A DNA stretch of 44,016 bases, taken from assembly GCA_964482155.1 (NCBI GenBank), contig CAYZWM010000005.1:1-44016 (forward strand), written 5' to 3'. Shown in pieces: positions 26,604-36,012 of the stretch. Each line of letters opens with the position of its first letter. Within the stretch, counting starts at the first letter, position 1. A program made the translations under genes and the position numbers. Source of the stretch: an uncultured Chitinophagaceae bacterium (lineage in GTDB: Bacteria; Bacteroidota; Bacteroidia; NS11-12g; UBA9320). Below the pieces are notes generated by a model. It had not been told where the DNA came from. It searched no databases and worked only from the letters and a program-made list of their open reading frames with translations.

Positions 26604-27044
26604 TTAAGAGTTAATTACACCCATTAAATTATGAATAAACAGTAAGGTATAGACAACGGCAAAAAAGACAAATAGGAGGTTCATTCCGTATCCACCTATT
26701 TTGAATATTAAGTTTTTGGGGATTTGATACATGGGGTAATACGCAATTTGAGTGACCACCTTACCAATCCAATAGGCTCCAATGAGTCCGGTTATGGCCA
26801 AAGCAAGATTCGATTGATTTTTAAGATCTGATGCCAAAAGAATGGCGATAAGTCCAAAGGAAAAATTTAATCCCTGAATATACCTTCCATAGGTCTTTGC
26901 AATTTCCTGATTGAGCGGTTTGAGCTTTTTGACATCGTTGTACCAATCGAATACCTTGAGCCGGATATATGGGTATACTAATGCCGTAAATATTTGGCCA
27001 ATACCGCCAAGAATAATAACCCAATTGGGAATAGTAAGTTTCAT
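26604..27044 (-). CDS. Hypothetical 4-TM membrane protein (start moved to ATG 27044)
   Basis: MKLTIPNWVIILGGIGQI...; four hydrophobic segments; W..DVKKLKPLNQEI motif. Confidence 0.8.
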   Translation of the reverse strand: MKLTIPNWVIILGGIGQIFTALVYPYIRLKVFDWYNDVKKLKPLNQEIAKTYGRYIQGLNFSFGLIAILLASDLKNQSNLALAITGLIGAYWIGKVVTQIAYYPMYQIPKNLIFKIGGYGMNLLFVFFAVVYTLLFIHNLMGVINS

Positions 27045-27334
27045 CTGGTTGTACGTGTTAATTCTGTTATAAACGCAATTACGTATTTTTTGAGCCATCA
27101 CACTGTATGCAGTCTAAAACATCGTGGTTGTGTTGATCAAGGAGGCGAAGACGCATCAAATCGACGGGTACGCCGTTGGCTTTATTCAACTGGGTTTCAA
27201 GCAGCGTTTTTAAGTCAGAGGGAGTCATGCCTACAGATCATCGAAACAATCAGGCCAGTCGTATACGCACAATAGTTCATTGTTTTTGCAGAGATTGGTG
27301 GGCTTTTGATCACAGAGTTGCAAACCGTATTTGT

Positions 27335-27342
27335 TATATTTG
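27335..27342 (+). promoter_or_regulatory. Sigma-A -7 element (TATATTTG), near-leaderless
   Basis: TAnnTTTG match ending 7 nt before the ATG at 27350. Confidence 0.6.
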
Positions 27343-27349
27343 ATTTGAA

Positions 27350-29272
27350 ATGACCAGACAGTACATACTAACCATCTTCTTAAGCTTTACGGCGCTTTTT
27401 GGGGTCGCACAATCCTGTCTACCCTTTGGATTGGAATTGAAGAATCAAGATCAAATCGACTCATTTTCAATTCATTATCCTGGATGTAGGGTGATCGAGG
27501 GTTCTGTATGGACCAACTTTTGGAAAGTGAAATACCCAATTGATTTTAAGGGACTTGATTCCATTCGGGTTATTAAAGGAGACTTGAATATTGCAAATAA
27601 CCGTGACCTGAAGTCGTTCGCAGGTTTTGATAACCTTGAAAGAATTGAGGGTAAGCTTATCATTCGTGACAATCCTTCGCTTACAGAGGTGACCGCTTTA
27701 AATCGACTGGAATTTGTAGGGAAATCTATATTATTTACAAAAAATGCTGTGTTGTTAAAGATACCGGATTTTGATAAGCTAAATTCTGAATTAGAGCTTA
27801 TTGCTTTCACATTCAACGACTCCCTTCTTACATTACCAAATTTTAAAAGGGTGCCTAATGTTCAAGGAAATATATACATTGGTTATAATCCTAACTTAAC
27901 TGAAGTTAACTCGTTTCACTCGCTGCAGTCAATTGGGGGTGACCTGGTTTTTCATACTAATAATTCTTTGTCCACCATAAAAGGGTTTGAAAACTTAGAG
28001 ACCATAGGTGAAGATTATAAGATTGTCACGTGTCCTTCTCTGCGGTTCTTAACAGGTCCGCCTAATTTAAAATCTACCAATAAGTTTTACATCAACGGGA
28101 ATGATAATTTAAGCGAGGTCAGTGGTTTTGAGAATTTTGAAAGCACAAAATCCTTATATATTTATAGCAACAAAAGCCTTAAATCTCTTCCGAATTTTAA
28201 ATCTTATAAAGACACTTCGACATATGTGTTCATCGAGTCTAATGACTCCCTGCGCAATCTCACAGGCCTAAACCAATTTCGTAAAGTGTCCCGTGTGTTG
28301 ATAGGGTACAATAAGCTGCTTGAGAATTTGAATGGATTGGATTCACTCCGGGAGGCCACATCAGGTTTTGCCGTATATGCAAATATAAATATGACCAGCC
28401 TACATGGTTTAGAAGGTCTTAGTGAAGTTGGAAGAGAACTCTACATTGCACGTTGCGGTAAATTGGCAAACCTCAATGGCTTAACCGGCCTCGAAATCAT
28501 AAGAGGTGGACAGCTTACAATAACCAAACTCGATTCGATCTCCGATTTGACCGGTTTGTCGAATTTGAAGAAGATATTTGACATAAATATTGTCGATAAT
28601 CGTCGACTGAAGTCTCTAAACGGATTTGATAATCTAACCGAAATTGATGGTTTTTTATACGTGGAAAACAACGACAGCCTAACCACACTAAACGGACTGG
28701 ATAAAATTCAACATATCGGTAGCCATCTGTTGGTTGCTTTCAATGACAACCTTGTTTCCTTGGATGGGCTGGATTCATTAAAAAGTGTAGGACAAAGCGT
28801 AGTCATTTCGGATAATCCGTTACTGTCTGATATCAATGGAATGAGAAACATTGAATTTAATGCAGATGCGTTTCTTCAAATCGTTAATTGTCCGGAATTA
28901 TCCGATTGTGGTCTCAACAACATTTGCACCTTAGTATCAAATCCAGACAACGATGGGTTCTTCCTTTCGAATAAGATGGGCTGTCGAAACAGGCGAGAAG
29001 TAGAATCGACTTGTCAGGGACTTGAACCTGTGCAAACGAACCACGATTTGATATATCCAAACCCAACTGCAGGGAGGATCGAGATCGGGAGAAAGTACTC
29101 TTCCTATCAGCGTTATGAAATCATTAATTATTTAGGTCAGGTCTTGTCTTCCGATCAAATTTTATCAAACCATATTGACATCTCCCACGTAGCTGCCGGG
29201 ACCTATTTTTTACGTCTTTTTAACGGCGACGATTTTGAAATGTTCACCATAGTAAAAGTAGATGTTAATTGA
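27350..29272 (+). CDS. Leucine-rich repeat / receptor L-domain-like surface protein with type A T9SS CTD
   Basis: N-cap CLP...NQDQIDSF...YPGC; repeated LxxLxGLxxLxxIxGxLxIxxN units; Cys C-cap; CTD IYPNPT...INYLGQ...AGTYFLRL. Confidence 0.92.
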   Translation: MTRQYILTIFLSFTALFGVAQSCLPFGLELKNQDQIDSFSIHYPGCRVIEGSVWTNFWKVKYPIDFKGLDSIRVIKGDLNIANNRDLKSFAGFDNLERIEGKLIIRDNPSLTEVTALNRLEFVGKSILFTKNAVLLKIPDFDKLNSELELIAFTFNDSLLTLPNFKRVPNVQGNIYIGYNPNLTEVNSFHSLQSIGGDLVFHTNNSLSTIKGFENLETIGEDYKIVTCPSLRFLTGPPNLKSTNKFYINGNDNLSEVSGFENFESTKSLYIYSNKSLKSLPNFKSYKDTSTYVFIESNDSLRNLTGLNQFRKVSRVLIGYNKLLENLNGLDSLREATSGFAVYANINMTSLHGLEGLSEVGRELYIARCGKLANLNGLTGLEIIRGGQLTITKLDSISDLTGLSNLKKIFDINIVDNRRLKSLNGFDNLTEIDGFLYVENNDSLTTLNGLDKIQHIGSHLLVAFNDNLVSLDGLDSLKSVGQSVVISDNPLLSDINGMRNIEFNADAFLQIVNCPELSDCGLNNICTLVSNPDNDGFFLSNKMGCRNRREVESTCQGLEPVQTNHDLIYPNPTAGRIEIGRKYSSYQRYEIINYLGQVLSSDQILSNHIDISHVAAGTYFLRLFNGDDFEMFTIVKVDVN

Positions 29273-29282
29273 TCGAACCAAC

Positions 29283-29954
29283 ATGAAAAATCCATTTCTT
29301 TTCCTTTTATTTAGTGTCGTATTCCTTTCATGTAACGATAATGAATTGGACAACTTGCAAAAAGAACCGGTTACTGAACAAGCAAGTTTCTATGCGTTTG
29401 AGCATGAAGAGTGGACGTTTATTTATGAAGGGAAAGCGCAACAATATAGAGAGAGGTCACGAATTTATCAGACCTGTACATCCATTGGGGACACCGTTCT
29501 ATCTATAAGGGTTGTTAATAACATTGAGTTTGGGACCACCTTACATTGCAAAGTGATTCAGGTCCACGATAGCGTGGTTAATTACCATAAAGACAGTGTC
29601 CAAATTCGGATAACAAACAATCTACAATACACGTTTTATGACTCATTTGCAAAATCGGTGTATTTATTAAGGAATGCTCCGAGCAGGACCACATTTTTTA
29701 AGATCTGTGACTACGACTATCAAATAGGTGACTCACTATGTGGGACAGACAACATTGTGTTTAAGGATGTTCTTTGGATTAACAACAAACCGTATCCAAG
29801 GTTCCGTTCTTCCATGGGTATTGACATCGTTGAAGGATTGTCGATCAGCAATTCGTGCGGCCATTTCTTGGGTGATGCTTTTTATGGGTATTATCGCGTT
29901 ATTTCTGCCAGGTACAAAAATGAATTTATGGAATACGATTTTATGGACTTATAA
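29283..29954 (+). CDS. Hypothetical lipoprotein (start moved to ATG 29283)
   Basis: MKNPFLFLLFSVVFLSC lipobox followed by acidic NDNELD. Confidence 0.78.
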   Translation: MKNPFLFLLFSVVFLSCNDNELDNLQKEPVTEQASFYAFEHEEWTFIYEGKAQQYRERSRIYQTCTSIGDTVLSIRVVNNIEFGTTLHCKVIQVHDSVVNYHKDSVQIRITNNLQYTFYDSFAKSVYLLRNAPSRTTFFKICDYDYQIGDSLCGTDNIVFKDVLWINNKPYPRFRSSMGIDIVEGLSISNSCGHFLGDAFYGYYRVISARYKNEFMEYDFMDL

Positions 29955-30064
29955 AGTTGATCGAGTCTTTGTACTTACAGGATGATCAGATATGTTCTTA
30001 ACCACCTAACGAAACCGGACGAGATACAACAGAAGTACTCCTCTAAATTGAGCGTAAAAGAGTT

Positions 30065-30072
30065 TATTTTTG
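30065..30072 (+). promoter_or_regulatory. Sigma-A -7 element (TATTTTTG), near-leaderless
   Basis: TAnnTTTG match ending 7 nt before the ATG at 30080. Confidence 0.55.
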
Positions 30073-30079
30073 ACCAGAT

Positions 30080-30856
30080 ATGAAAAAACTAATCATTCTG
30101 ACTCTAATAATTCTTGGTGCGGGTTATTCTTTTGCTCAACAAGACCTCACAAAGCCGATCAAATTTCCGAAGGATACAAGCGAGCGGTTAAGGGTTACAT
30201 TCAAATTAACTAAAGGGTATTTAGGGGGTTATTCCCAGTCGCCAGCAATAATTCGTTCATTGCGAAATGCTTATGGTAGAAAGGATGGTGTTCTAGTCAG
30301 ACAAAGATTGCCAATTGATCGGGTAAATAACGGTTTCGAACTTGGTGTTGAACGGTTTTACAAAAATGGACTTTATGTTTCTGGGAGAATAAATTTGAGA
30401 CAGTTACATGAATTTTATTTTGAGCACTACTCGGAACCTAAAACATATTATTCTGAAACATACCATATATGGACCCAGCAAAATTTTGTCGGCTCTGGGA
30501 TAAGCGTTGGGTACGACATAGCCACATATAAGAAGTTGCGCAGAGAATTTAGAGTTCATGTTTATGGTGGAATTGATGGTCGAATTTCCTTTGGTCAACA
30601 CACCACGGGTGAGGTTTATCTTCCACTTTTGGGGATTAAACCAATTTTTAGTAGCCTCTCTTATCTAGATAATTATGAGTTAGACAAAGTCTATTTTGAC
30701 CCCATTATTGGAGCAAATTTCAAATGGAGTTATCTCACTTTTGATGTCAGGATACAGTCGTTTAATAAAAACTATATGAAGCCTATTAACTCGTATGGAA
30801 TAGAGGTTATTGACCGGTTGAACCTGACAAGTTTAGGTGTTGGGGTGAATTTTTGA
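30080..30856 (+). CDS. Probable outer-membrane beta-barrel protein
   Basis: Signal peptide (GYSFA-QQ); C-terminal SLGVGVNF beta-signal. Confidence 0.78.
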   Translation: MKKLIILTLIILGAGYSFAQQDLTKPIKFPKDTSERLRVTFKLTKGYLGGYSQSPAIIRSLRNAYGRKDGVLVRQRLPIDRVNNGFELGVERFYKNGLYVSGRINLRQLHEFYFEHYSEPKTYYSETYHIWTQQNFVGSGISVGYDIATYKKLRREFRVHVYGGIDGRISFGQHTTGEVYLPLLGIKPIFSSLSYLDNYELDKVYFDPIIGANFKWSYLTFDVRIQSFNKNYMKPINSYGIEVIDRLNLTSLGVGVNF

Positions 30857-31129
30857 GAATACTTAGTCAACTCTTTCCAAGGTCTGCATCCAAAGCTCCC
30901 TTGTACCGTCACTGTCTGTTGTCTGACGGGCTGTTTGCGCATTGGCGACTATGGAGCTATGAATCCAAAAAATCAATTTTAAAAGGCCTTTGTTCCCTGC
31001 ATATTCCATCGCACTGGAATGAGGGTAATCTTCAGTACGAAATACCATACCAAATGATTTCAATGCTTCCTCAAAAATGTTTGGTCTAATGTCCGATAAA
31101 ACTTGAGCATGTTGTAATTTAGCTTCCTC

Positions 31130-32302
31130 ATGAAATACTACCTAATCTTATTACTTAGCTTCTTAGTTTATGGATCAGTTTTCTCCCAAACTGGAGATAC
31201 TGTGGACATGTATTACTACAAAAATTCCCTTTACAATCATTTGGAAACAGGGAACAGTGAAGCAAATTTTAGCACGAATGTGGGCAACTGGATTGCACGA
31301 TTCACATCCGTGCCGTCAAATCCAAAAGTGGCCACCCTCGGTTCTGTTTTTGGGTTTTTCCCACAATGGAAAGTACCTCCTACCGGGGGGAATTTTCATT
31401 CAGAAATAAACACCCCTCACCTGGAAAAATGGACGGCATCGTGGAGTAATGCCAAAGAAATTGACCTGTTGGGATTTGTGCCGGATAATTTTGATGGACA
31501 AGCTTTCGACCCAGCCGATACTACGAACATGGGGCAAGCCTATGTGGCCACACTAGTTGATCTCATTGATCAATGGGAAGCAAACGCCCCAAATGAGACC
31601 AGACGGTATGTGGTGTATGCCGGCTGGCCAGCACTCAACCGGTACGGCGGAACCAATGACGACCCAGGCACGTTAACAGCCTCGGGAATTGCTGACTGGC
31701 ATGCCTATGGATTAGGGGATTATCAAAAATGGATGGAGCTGTTAGTTTTTCGACTCCAGGAAGCAAGACCCTTGCTTGATATCAGATTGCATAATATCAG
31801 CAAAGCCGTATTGATGTGCCATGAAAATACGGTTGTTAAAGACATACAACCAAGCGTTTTGTTTGAAGATCTTGCACCTCATGGACGTGCATCATGGTAT
31901 TTCTTAGCTGCGGTAGCCGAGTATATTGAGGTGTTTGGTGAAAGACCACCTGCCAATTTTAGTTTCAAAACAGAATGGCTTGTAGACACAACGGTCGTCT
32001 CAAATTATCAGACCCTAGTGGATTACATATGGGGAGTACTGAAAGGAGGCAATGTGTCCATGAAGGATTATGCAATGGATGGCACCCCTTTGATGCTGTA
32101 TCCCAATCCCGCTATGTCGACCGTGAACATTCGCACCCATTTAGAAGACTTTGACGTAGTTGTGTACGACGCTTTTGGTCGCACAGTGATACATCAAACA
32201 AACAATGCAGAAATTAAGTTAGGTGTCCTAGCCGTTGGGACATATTACGTCGAACTGAAGAACAAATCGTTGGTGCAGCGGGGACGGATTTTGGTTAAAT
32301 GA
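31130..32302 (+). CDS. Secreted protein with type A T9SS CTD, possible SGNH-like hydrolase
   Basis: Signal peptide; KNSLYNH near the N-terminus and FEDLAPHG near the domain end; CTD LYPNPA...YDAFGR...GTYYV...RILVK. Confidence 0.82.
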   Translation: MKYYLILLLSFLVYGSVFSQTGDTVDMYYYKNSLYNHLETGNSEANFSTNVGNWIARFTSVPSNPKVATLGSVFGFFPQWKVPPTGGNFHSEINTPHLEKWTASWSNAKEIDLLGFVPDNFDGQAFDPADTTNMGQAYVATLVDLIDQWEANAPNETRRYVVYAGWPALNRYGGTNDDPGTLTASGIADWHAYGLGDYQKWMELLVFRLQEARPLLDIRLHNISKAVLMCHENTVVKDIQPSVLFEDLAPHGRASWYFLAAVAEYIEVFGERPPANFSFKTEWLVDTTVVSNYQTLVDYIWGVLKGGNVSMKDYAMDGTPLMLYPNPAMSTVNIRTHLEDFDVVVYDAFGRTVIHQTNNAEIKLGVLAVGTYYVELKNKSLVQRGRILVK

Positions 32303-32332
32303 CCCAACTTCTTCCTATTCGAAAGTTTTAAC

Positions 32333-33301
32333 CTACAAGTTGGCTAAAACCGAATTCATTATATGAAGACTGTAGTTATTTACTTTTTGATGTGAAGGCA
32401 TCCAGCCTAACAGGAATCGTGTAAAATCTGTACAAGCGATCGGATACATCTTTCTCCATTCGTGTTCCAATTCATTAAAATCAAAACTGAACCTGGAAGC
32501 TTGGAACGCCTTTTTTAATGCTGAAAAATAAAAATCCAACAGTTCATTTTGATACAATTCACTGTCCTCACTGGAAAGACAACTCCCTAAAAAATAGGCA
32601 ACATCTTTAATTCCGCAACCTCCGCCGACATATTGAAAATCTACTGCAGCCACACGTTTGCCATTTTCGGAAAAGCAAAAATTAGCGAGTTTGGCATCGC
32701 CATGTACTATCGTTTGGTATTTGCATTGATTCAAGATTTCATCAATTATAGGGGCCTTCGATTTGATTTCTTGATGTTCAATTTTTTCCAATTCATCTGG
32801 GCGCGTTTTTAAATGCCAGTACGTACCAACTTCCCACAAACCAATAGGCTTTTGATTTAAGAAAATAACATGAAAATTGGCTAACCATTTCAAACAAACC
32901 TTGACCTCTGATATGTTGAGTTGATCTTTTCGGATGGGAAAATGAGTATTCAAATCTTCCATAATAATCCATTGGTCTTTCCCCTTGTGAAATGAATCAA
33001 TAAATTTTGGGATTCTACAACTATCCGTACATTGTTGACTCCATTTTTCGTACCAATGCGTTTCAACCTGGTACGATTTTACCTTTCGGTTGTGACCGTG
33101 TTTTGAATTCCAACCCCTAGGGTGTTCACTTGATGGATTTAGGGATATATACTTAACTACAACGGTATTTAACGGTGAATCGTCCAATTGGTAACGAGAA
33201 ATACGACCATAACCACTCCACAACGTTTGGATTACGTCAATTTCGTTGCACGTTTTAGATTGAGTACTTTTTAAAAGTTTTTTCTGGATATTCGGATTCA
33301 T
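32333..33301 (-). CDS. APH/choline-kinase-like phosphotransferase (EcKinase-like)
   Basis: QTLWSGYG, VVVKYI, IIMEDL, WLANFH, Brenner motif HGDAKLAN, VDFQYVGGG, DVAYF. Confidence 0.9.
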   Translation of the reverse strand: MNPNIQKKLLKSTQSKTCNEIDVIQTLWSGYGRISRYQLDDSPLNTVVVKYISLNPSSEHPRGWNSKHGHNRKVKSYQVETHWYEKWSQQCTDSCRIPKFIDSFHKGKDQWIIMEDLNTHFPIRKDQLNISEVKVCLKWLANFHVIFLNQKPIGLWEVGTYWHLKTRPDELEKIEHQEIKSKAPIIDEILNQCKYQTIVHGDAKLANFCFSENGKRVAAVDFQYVGGGCGIKDVAYFLGSCLSSEDSELYQNELLDFYFSALKKAFQASRFSFDFNELEHEWRKMYPIACTDFTRFLLGWMPSHQKVNNYSLHIMNSVLANL

Positions 33302-33426
33302 AAAATGAACGATCTTGGTACAAAGAAAACGTAAAAATCAGTAATGAATCGAAGTGGATGAAGCGTATGGAATTGACTCACTGTCCGAAGTCAGGTGGGC
33401 TGATTCCGACAGACTACCCACTAACT

Positions 33427-33759
33427 TTATCGAACCAAATTAATCACTGTCCACAATATGGAAAATACCAGGCCAGCGAGAAAGGCAAAGCCTCGAAACA
33501 AAAGGGGAATTTCTCTTTTAAGATAATGCGTAAATACGGCCTCGATGCCAAACCCCAAGGTGTAAAATAGGTTAGCACCAAAAGTCCATACCAAAACAGT
33601 GATTATGGCTCCTAGGATCGAAAAAGAATACAAGCCATCCGGCTCAATGATTAACCGTTGATTGATGTAATTGATAACCTCACAAGAAACCACCGTAACC
33701 AAAATGATAAGTGCATACCATTTTCGTTTGCTTTCCCACCATTGAAGACTTTCTTTCAT
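33427..33759 (-). CDS. Small 3-TM hypothetical membrane protein
   Basis: WWESKR N-terminus, ANLFYTLG motif, three hydrophobic segments. Confidence 0.75.
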   Translation of the reverse strand: MKESLQWWESKRKWYALIILVTVVSCEVINYINQRLIIEPDGLYSFSILGAIITVLVWTFGANLFYTLGFGIEAVFTHYLKREIPLLFRGFAFLAGLVFSILWTVINLVR

Positions 33760-33844
33760 CGTTTTGATTTTGGGTAAAGGTAAGAAATGTTAGGCGGGCA
33801 TTAGATGGAACTGTTACACGGCACCAGTGAACTTCTTAAAATTT

Positions 33845-34246
33845 CTAGAGTCGGTTGTGGATGATCGTAATCGTTACTGATATGGTGTCATTTTGGGTAG
33901 AATCCTGATTGTAGAGAAGAAAGACAGAGAAATACGTGCCCTGTTTTATGTCACACGTTGAGCTATCATTACATACCCAGTTGTCTAATTTGTTTTGGGT
34001 CTCAAATTGAAGCTCTCCCCATCGGTTATAAACTTGAACATCAATCGAATCAAAAGAGGTGTCGATTTCTTCAAGACCTGGAAAACAAAGCGTCTCGGGA
34101 AATGAAGAATAGTAAAGCCATGTGCAGGACGTTTTGTAGGATACTTCCTCGCTTACGACTTCAACTACGGCCACTTGCTTACGAATCGTACAATGGGATA
34201 GGGTGAGCAAAAGGAACAATGCCAAAGCTAGTTTAACGGTTTTCAT
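33845..34246 (-). CDS. Small lipoprotein consisting mostly of a type B T9SS (gliding-motility CHU_C-like) C-terminal domain (start moved to ATG 34246)
   Basis: MKTVKLALALFLLLTLSHC lipobox-like signal; VQVYNRWGELQFET...W...GTYF...ITII. Confidence 0.72.
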   Translation of the reverse strand: MKTVKLALALFLLLTLSHCTIRKQVAVVEVVSEEVSYKTSCTWLYYSSFPETLCFPGLEEIDTSFDSIDVQVYNRWGELQFETQNKLDNWVCNDSSTCDIKQGTYFSVFLLYNQDSTQNDTISVTITIIHNRL

Positions 34247-34504
34247 TATATAGAAGACTGTGAAATGATAAAAAGGGTTGTCCTGGTGTTGTAAAGTGAT
34301 GTCGAAGTTGTCCTGAAGATGTTCGCTTCTCCCATGTTTGGACAAGTCCGCTCACGTGGCCGCTGGACAAACTTCGATCTGGTGGGGAGGTATGATATCA
34401 ATGCCGAATTAGTTTGGGCATTATCCATTCCTCAAGCTTCTTGGCATATTAAAGTGTTTGGCCACATATTAAACTTAGACTAGATGCAAATTTTCTCTGA
34501 GATG

Positions 34505-35734
34505 TTATTTAGATCGTGAGATATTTTTGTAGTTGAGATAGCCCCATGTTCCTGCATAAATCAAAACCACCACAAAAAATATTAGATAGTTCCCAGGGCT
34601 CTTCTTTATTACAAAGGCGAATAATGATGAGAGTCCAACGCTAAATAATGTGATATAGATTGGAAGAAATAGTGATGGCCTTTCCTTCGCTTGAAGTTTG
34701 TGAATAGTAAAAGGGGAAAATTTAGATTTGAGAAGTTTTACAAGAATAAGAGGTACTGAGCACAAAATTAATAACTGTACCAAAAGTGTTAATTGGTCAA
34801 TGGTTGGAAATGATATTTTGGACATAAGGTCATACTGATAAATATTTGTACCAATGTTAAGTATGAGTAAAGGAATTACAAATGAAACAATGATGAGGAA
34901 AACGTAAATATAGCTTTGGATACTTACTTTAATCTGGTGCCAAATGTTGCGAAAAAAAACGTGAAAGAAACTTTTACCAAAAAATATGAAACGTTGAATG
35001 ATTTTCCACGTAAAATATGCACCAGCCTGAAAAAATTGAATTAATGAGTTTTCTGTATTCAGAATTCTGTCTGTTAAGTTATCTTCATATACTATTTTTA
35101 TAGTGTCAATGAAACTTTTAATCAAAAAGTACCCTATAAAAAAGAGAGCTGTTAAAGTTCGAATGTCAAGAAATATTGAGAAGGTAGTCAAATCGGTTTG
35201 ACCAAACGGTTGGTACGCATTGATTGTGTAGAATGGGAAGCATGAAGTGTCATAGTTTAATGATTTCGAACCAAATGGCCCATCAGATAAAAAAACACCA
35301 AGTCTTGGAATACCATAAGGCAATACGGTAAGAACTGTAACAATTGCGTTGATCATCAAAAGGAAACCGAGTATAGTCTTACTTTGGAACAATATGTATA
35401 TAAGCCAAATAATTGTAACACCGAGTCCCATAAAGCAAACTGCTTTTGCCCAAAACAATTTTGTGATGGAATGATAAATCACTCTGTTGTCAGTGCATAG
35501 AAATGACACTGCACCGATAACAATCGCAAGTCCTACCAATTCCCCAACACTTTTTTTGTCATCCAAGCTCACCAACCACCATCCGAATAATATGTATAGC
35601 AGAATTCGTATTACCCAAAGCTGAATGTCAGGGCCAAGAGAAAGTGGGTTGAAGGAAATTGAGTAAGTGATGAACGAGCAAGCAACAGTTATCAAAACAA
35701 TGATTGTGAAGTAACTTCGGATATTTTTAAACAT
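34505..35734 (-). CDS. Polytopic hypothetical membrane protein
   Basis: 409-aa ORF with about 10 hydrophobic segments; visibly AT-rich; no recognised motif. Confidence 0.75.
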   Translation of the reverse strand: MFKNIRSYFTIIVLITVACSFITYSISFNPLSLGPDIQLWVIRILLYILFGWWLVSLDDKKSVGELVGLAIVIGAVSFLCTDNRVIYHSITKLFWAKAVCFMGLGVTIIWLIYILFQSKTILGFLLMINAIVTVLTVLPYGIPRLGVFLSDGPFGSKSLNYDTSCFPFYTINAYQPFGQTDLTTFSIFLDIRTLTALFFIGYFLIKSFIDTIKIVYEDNLTDRILNTENSLIQFFQAGAYFTWKIIQRFIFFGKSFFHVFFRNIWHQIKVSIQSYIYVFLIIVSFVIPLLILNIGTNIYQYDLMSKISFPTIDQLTLLVQLLILCSVPLILVKLLKSKFSPFTIHKLQAKERPSLFLPIYITLFSVGLSSLFAFVIKKSPGNYLIFFVVVLIYAGTWGYLNYKNISRSK

Positions 35735-36012
35735 GTTAACTATTCTTAATGTTGATTGATTTGTTTAATTCTGGGAGCATAAAATCTGAAGGTTTTGTAA
35801 AGGCCTTTTGAGAGAAGGCCTAGGGAAGTCTCAATTCATTGAAAAAATTCATACAAAGTTTTTAAATAATTTTTGTGAACTATGGTCTACCAATCACATA
35901 ATGACTAATGGTCGTAAATCTACCTAACACTGTAATTCGAAAAAATAGTTAGATGTGACTATTTTTTTGAGTTCAAAACCTTCGTATACTTCGGGAAAAA
36001 ATTGATGAACTT

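Noticed and set aside
26994-27300. 93-aa ORF and GC-richer patch between divergent genes
   Set aside because: No motif, overlaps the opposite-strand gene start; cannot be supported as a gene or element
30853-31089. 78-aa and 66-aa ORFs in the spacer before 31130
   Set aside because: Non-ATG or weak starts, no recognisable features
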